The position numbers were made by a program, and so were the translations under genes. Below, one piece after another: positions 62,362 to 64,000 of a DNA stretch of 64,000 nucleotides. Position 1 is the stretch's first letter. Every line of letters starts with the position of its first letter. The DNA lies in assembly GCA_965246885.1 (NCBI GenBank), contig OZ251992.1, forward strand, positions 640,001-704,000. The letters run 5' to 3'. Under the pieces are notes generated by a model that ran no database searches, was not told the origin of the DNA, and saw only the letters and a list, made by a program, of their open reading frames with translations. This DNA comes from Abditibacterium sp. (GTDB taxonomy: Bacteria; Armatimonadota; Abditibacteriia; Abditibacteriales; Abditibacteriaceae).

Positions 62362-63111
62362 GTGAAAATCCTTGTTTTGTCCGACGTTCACGCCAACTTT
62401 TTCGCCCTCGAAGCCGTTTTGGACGCGGCGCCCGCGCACCACGCCGTATTGTGTTTGGGCGACATCGTGGGCTATGGCGCCCAGCCGAACGAGTGTTGCG
62501 CCCGACTGCGCGAATTGGGCGCGCAGTGCTTGCAAGGCAATCACGACGCGGCGATTGGCGGGCACGAGTTACTTGAACGGATGAACGAGACCGCGCGCTT
62601 CTCGAACGGGTGGGCACGCGCCCAACTCTCCGAAGAAAACCGCGTTTGGCTGGCCGCGCTTGCGCCGCACCGCGTATTCGATGAATGGCGCTGTGAGGCG
62701 GTTCACGCGAGTTTGGCAAGTCCCCTTGAAGGCTACATACGGGGCGCAATTTCCGCGCGCGACTCGTGGAAACGCATGAAATACGACCTCTGCTTTTTCG
62801 GCCACACGCACGTCGCCGCGTCGTTGGAGCAGTTCGACGTTCCCGGCCAAAGATACCAAGCCATTGACCGTAAATGGCGCGACGGCGGCACATTTTCCAT
62901 CCAATCGAACGGCTGGAAGACTCTCGTTAACCCCGGCTCGGTCGGCCAACCGCGCGATGGCAACCCGCTCGCCCGCGCCGCCGTTTTCGATGTCCAATCG
63001 CGCGCAGTCACGATTTTCTGCGCCAAATACAACAACGAGTCCGCGTGTGAGGCCGTGCTGAGCGCCGGATTTTCAAGGCAACTCGCGGAGCGGTTGATGT
63101 TGGGACGGTGA
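62362..63111 (+). CDS. Metallophosphoesterase (calcineurin-like)
   Basis: SDVHAN, LGDIVGYG, GNHD, GHTH, NPGSVGQPRD. Confidence 0.92.
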   Translation: MKILVLSDVHANFFALEAVLDAAPAHHAVLCLGDIVGYGAQPNECCARLRELGAQCLQGNHDAAIGGHELLERMNETARFSNGWARAQLSEENRVWLAALAPHRVFDEWRCEAVHASLASPLEGYIRGAISARDSWKRMKYDLCFFGHTHVAASLEQFDVPGQRYQAIDRKWRDGGTFSIQSNGWKTLVNPGSVGQPRDGNPLARAAVFDVQSRAVTIFCAKYNNESACEAVLSAGFSRQLAERLMLGR

Positions 63112-63112
63112 G

Positions 63113-63370
63113 TCAATAATGATATCGGCAGGACAGCACGAGAATCCGCTCGTCGCTCACTTTATAAACCACGCGATGTTCGTCGTCCAATCGCTTCGAC
63201 CAACATCCGGCAAAGTCATGCTTGAGCGGCTCCGGTTTGCCAATGCCGCCGAAGGGATTAAAAAGGGACTCATCCAATAATCGCAGCAGTCGAAGCGCTT
63301 TGCGTCGGTCGTTTTGCACCCAGAACGTCAGGTCTTCGAGGGCGTTTTGATCAAATACCAAGACGCGCAC
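63113..63370 (-). CDS. yoeB: Txe/YoeB family toxin
   Basis: PFGGIGKPEPLKH..GCWSKRLDDEHRVVY...SCRYHY; GGAGG RBS before GTG. Confidence 0.92.
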   Translation of the reverse strand: MRVLVFDQNALEDLTFWVQNDRRKALRLLRLLDESLFNPFGGIGKPEPLKHDFAGCWSKRLDDEHRVVYKVSDERILVLSCRYHY

Positions 63371-63569
63371 GCGCTTCCTCCAACGAAACTGCGCCATCCC
63401 CGTCGCGTTCAATCGCTTCGAGCAAGCGGCGTTTCATCGTTTCGCTTTGCATCAGGTACGCAGTTTCTTTCTCAGATTCGATTTCGCGCCACATCTCGAT
63501 GGGCACGAGGACGGCGGTCACATTGCCCGCCGGGTCGCAAACGGTTTGCACTTCGGAAGTGGTTGTCAT
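63351..63569 (-). CDS. YefM/Phd-like antitoxin
   Basis: AVLVPIEMW...ETAYLMQS...RRLLEAI; overlaps the toxin start. Confidence 0.8.
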   Translation of the reverse strand: MTTTSEVQTVCDPAGNVTAVLVPIEMWREIESEKETAYLMQSETMKRRLLEAIERDGDGAVSLEEARARLGI

Positions 63570-63653
63570 AGAAAGAAAGTTTGCCGCAAAATTCGAGAGA
63601 GGTGTATGAGATAGCTCCTCTCTCGCAAAACCTTGTCCAAGGAATCTTTATGT

Positions 63654-63815
63654 CGCCTGCCCCGACGGAAGCATTTCCTGCCCAAATGACGTTTTCGCCT
63701 GCCTAAATTACTCCCTTCCCCACCCCGGCGAAGTCTTCACCTGCCCCAATCACTCCCTTGCCTACCCAAACGAAAGAGCCGTCTGACCGGGTGATTGTTT
63801 TGCCGGGGCAGGGCG
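63654..63815. repeat. 21-nt-phased CCTGCCC array with inverted end
   Basis: Cores at 63656, 63677, 63698, 63719, 63740, 63761, (63782); GGGGCAGGGCG at 63805-63815. Confidence 0.72.
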
Positions 63816-63816
63816 A

Positions 63817-64000
63817 TTAAAGCTCCGGCTTGGCGGCGACTTTGTAGGTGTTGACGCTGCGGACGCCGACGACTTTTTGTTGCGAGACGTACTGCAAAGC
63901 GGTGAGCAGGGCTTTGGCGGTGTCCAAGCTGGTGAGACACGGCACGCCGTTTTCGACGGCGGCGCGGCGGATTTTGAGGCCGTCGCGTTCGGGGGTGCGG
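63817..64000 (-). CDS. carB: Carbamoyl-phosphate synthase large subunit, C-terminal end (partial)
   Basis: Read manually: [28 protein letters not shown], the MGS-like tail of CarB. Confidence 0.88.
   Translation of the reverse strand, partial: RTPERDGLKIRRAAVENGVPCLTSLDTAKALLTALQYVSQQKVVGVRSVNTYKVAAKPEL

Overview
GC-rich bacterial chromosomal window. The gene style (DUF1559/H-X9-DG prepilin-like protein, Flp pilins, Uma2, DUF11 surface proteins) suggests an Abditibacteriota/Armatimonadota-like soil organism; this taxonomy is inference only. Housekeeping genes: purB, sod, prmA, rsmE, nth-like, acs, groES-groEL with a perfect CIRCE, nnrD, rpmG, gnd, comEA-like and the 3' end of carB. Accessory content includes a class A beta-lactamase, glycoside hydrolases (GH1-like, GH71, GH75), two giant DUF11 surface proteins, a sortase, a Zur/L33/MerC-like cluster, tandem CbiX domains and a YefM-YoeB-type TA pair. 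The most unusual observations are: (1) two stacked [small coiled-coil protein + HNH nuclease] modules downstream of groEL, separated by a diverged duplicate of the groEL 3' end and terminator; (2) five sequence-unrelated repeat arrays at six loci, all with 21-nt phasing and inverted ends, one in-frame inside prmA and one duplicated identically around a 4.7-kb glycan cassette; (3) a six-member family of ~300-aa proteins with a C-terminal HExLEAxLxLRxW motif, one interrupted by an in-frame TGA; (4) many genes with a -10-like hexamer 6-7 nt before the start codon, suggesting leaderless mRNAs. All family assignments come from motif recognition by eye, not database searches.
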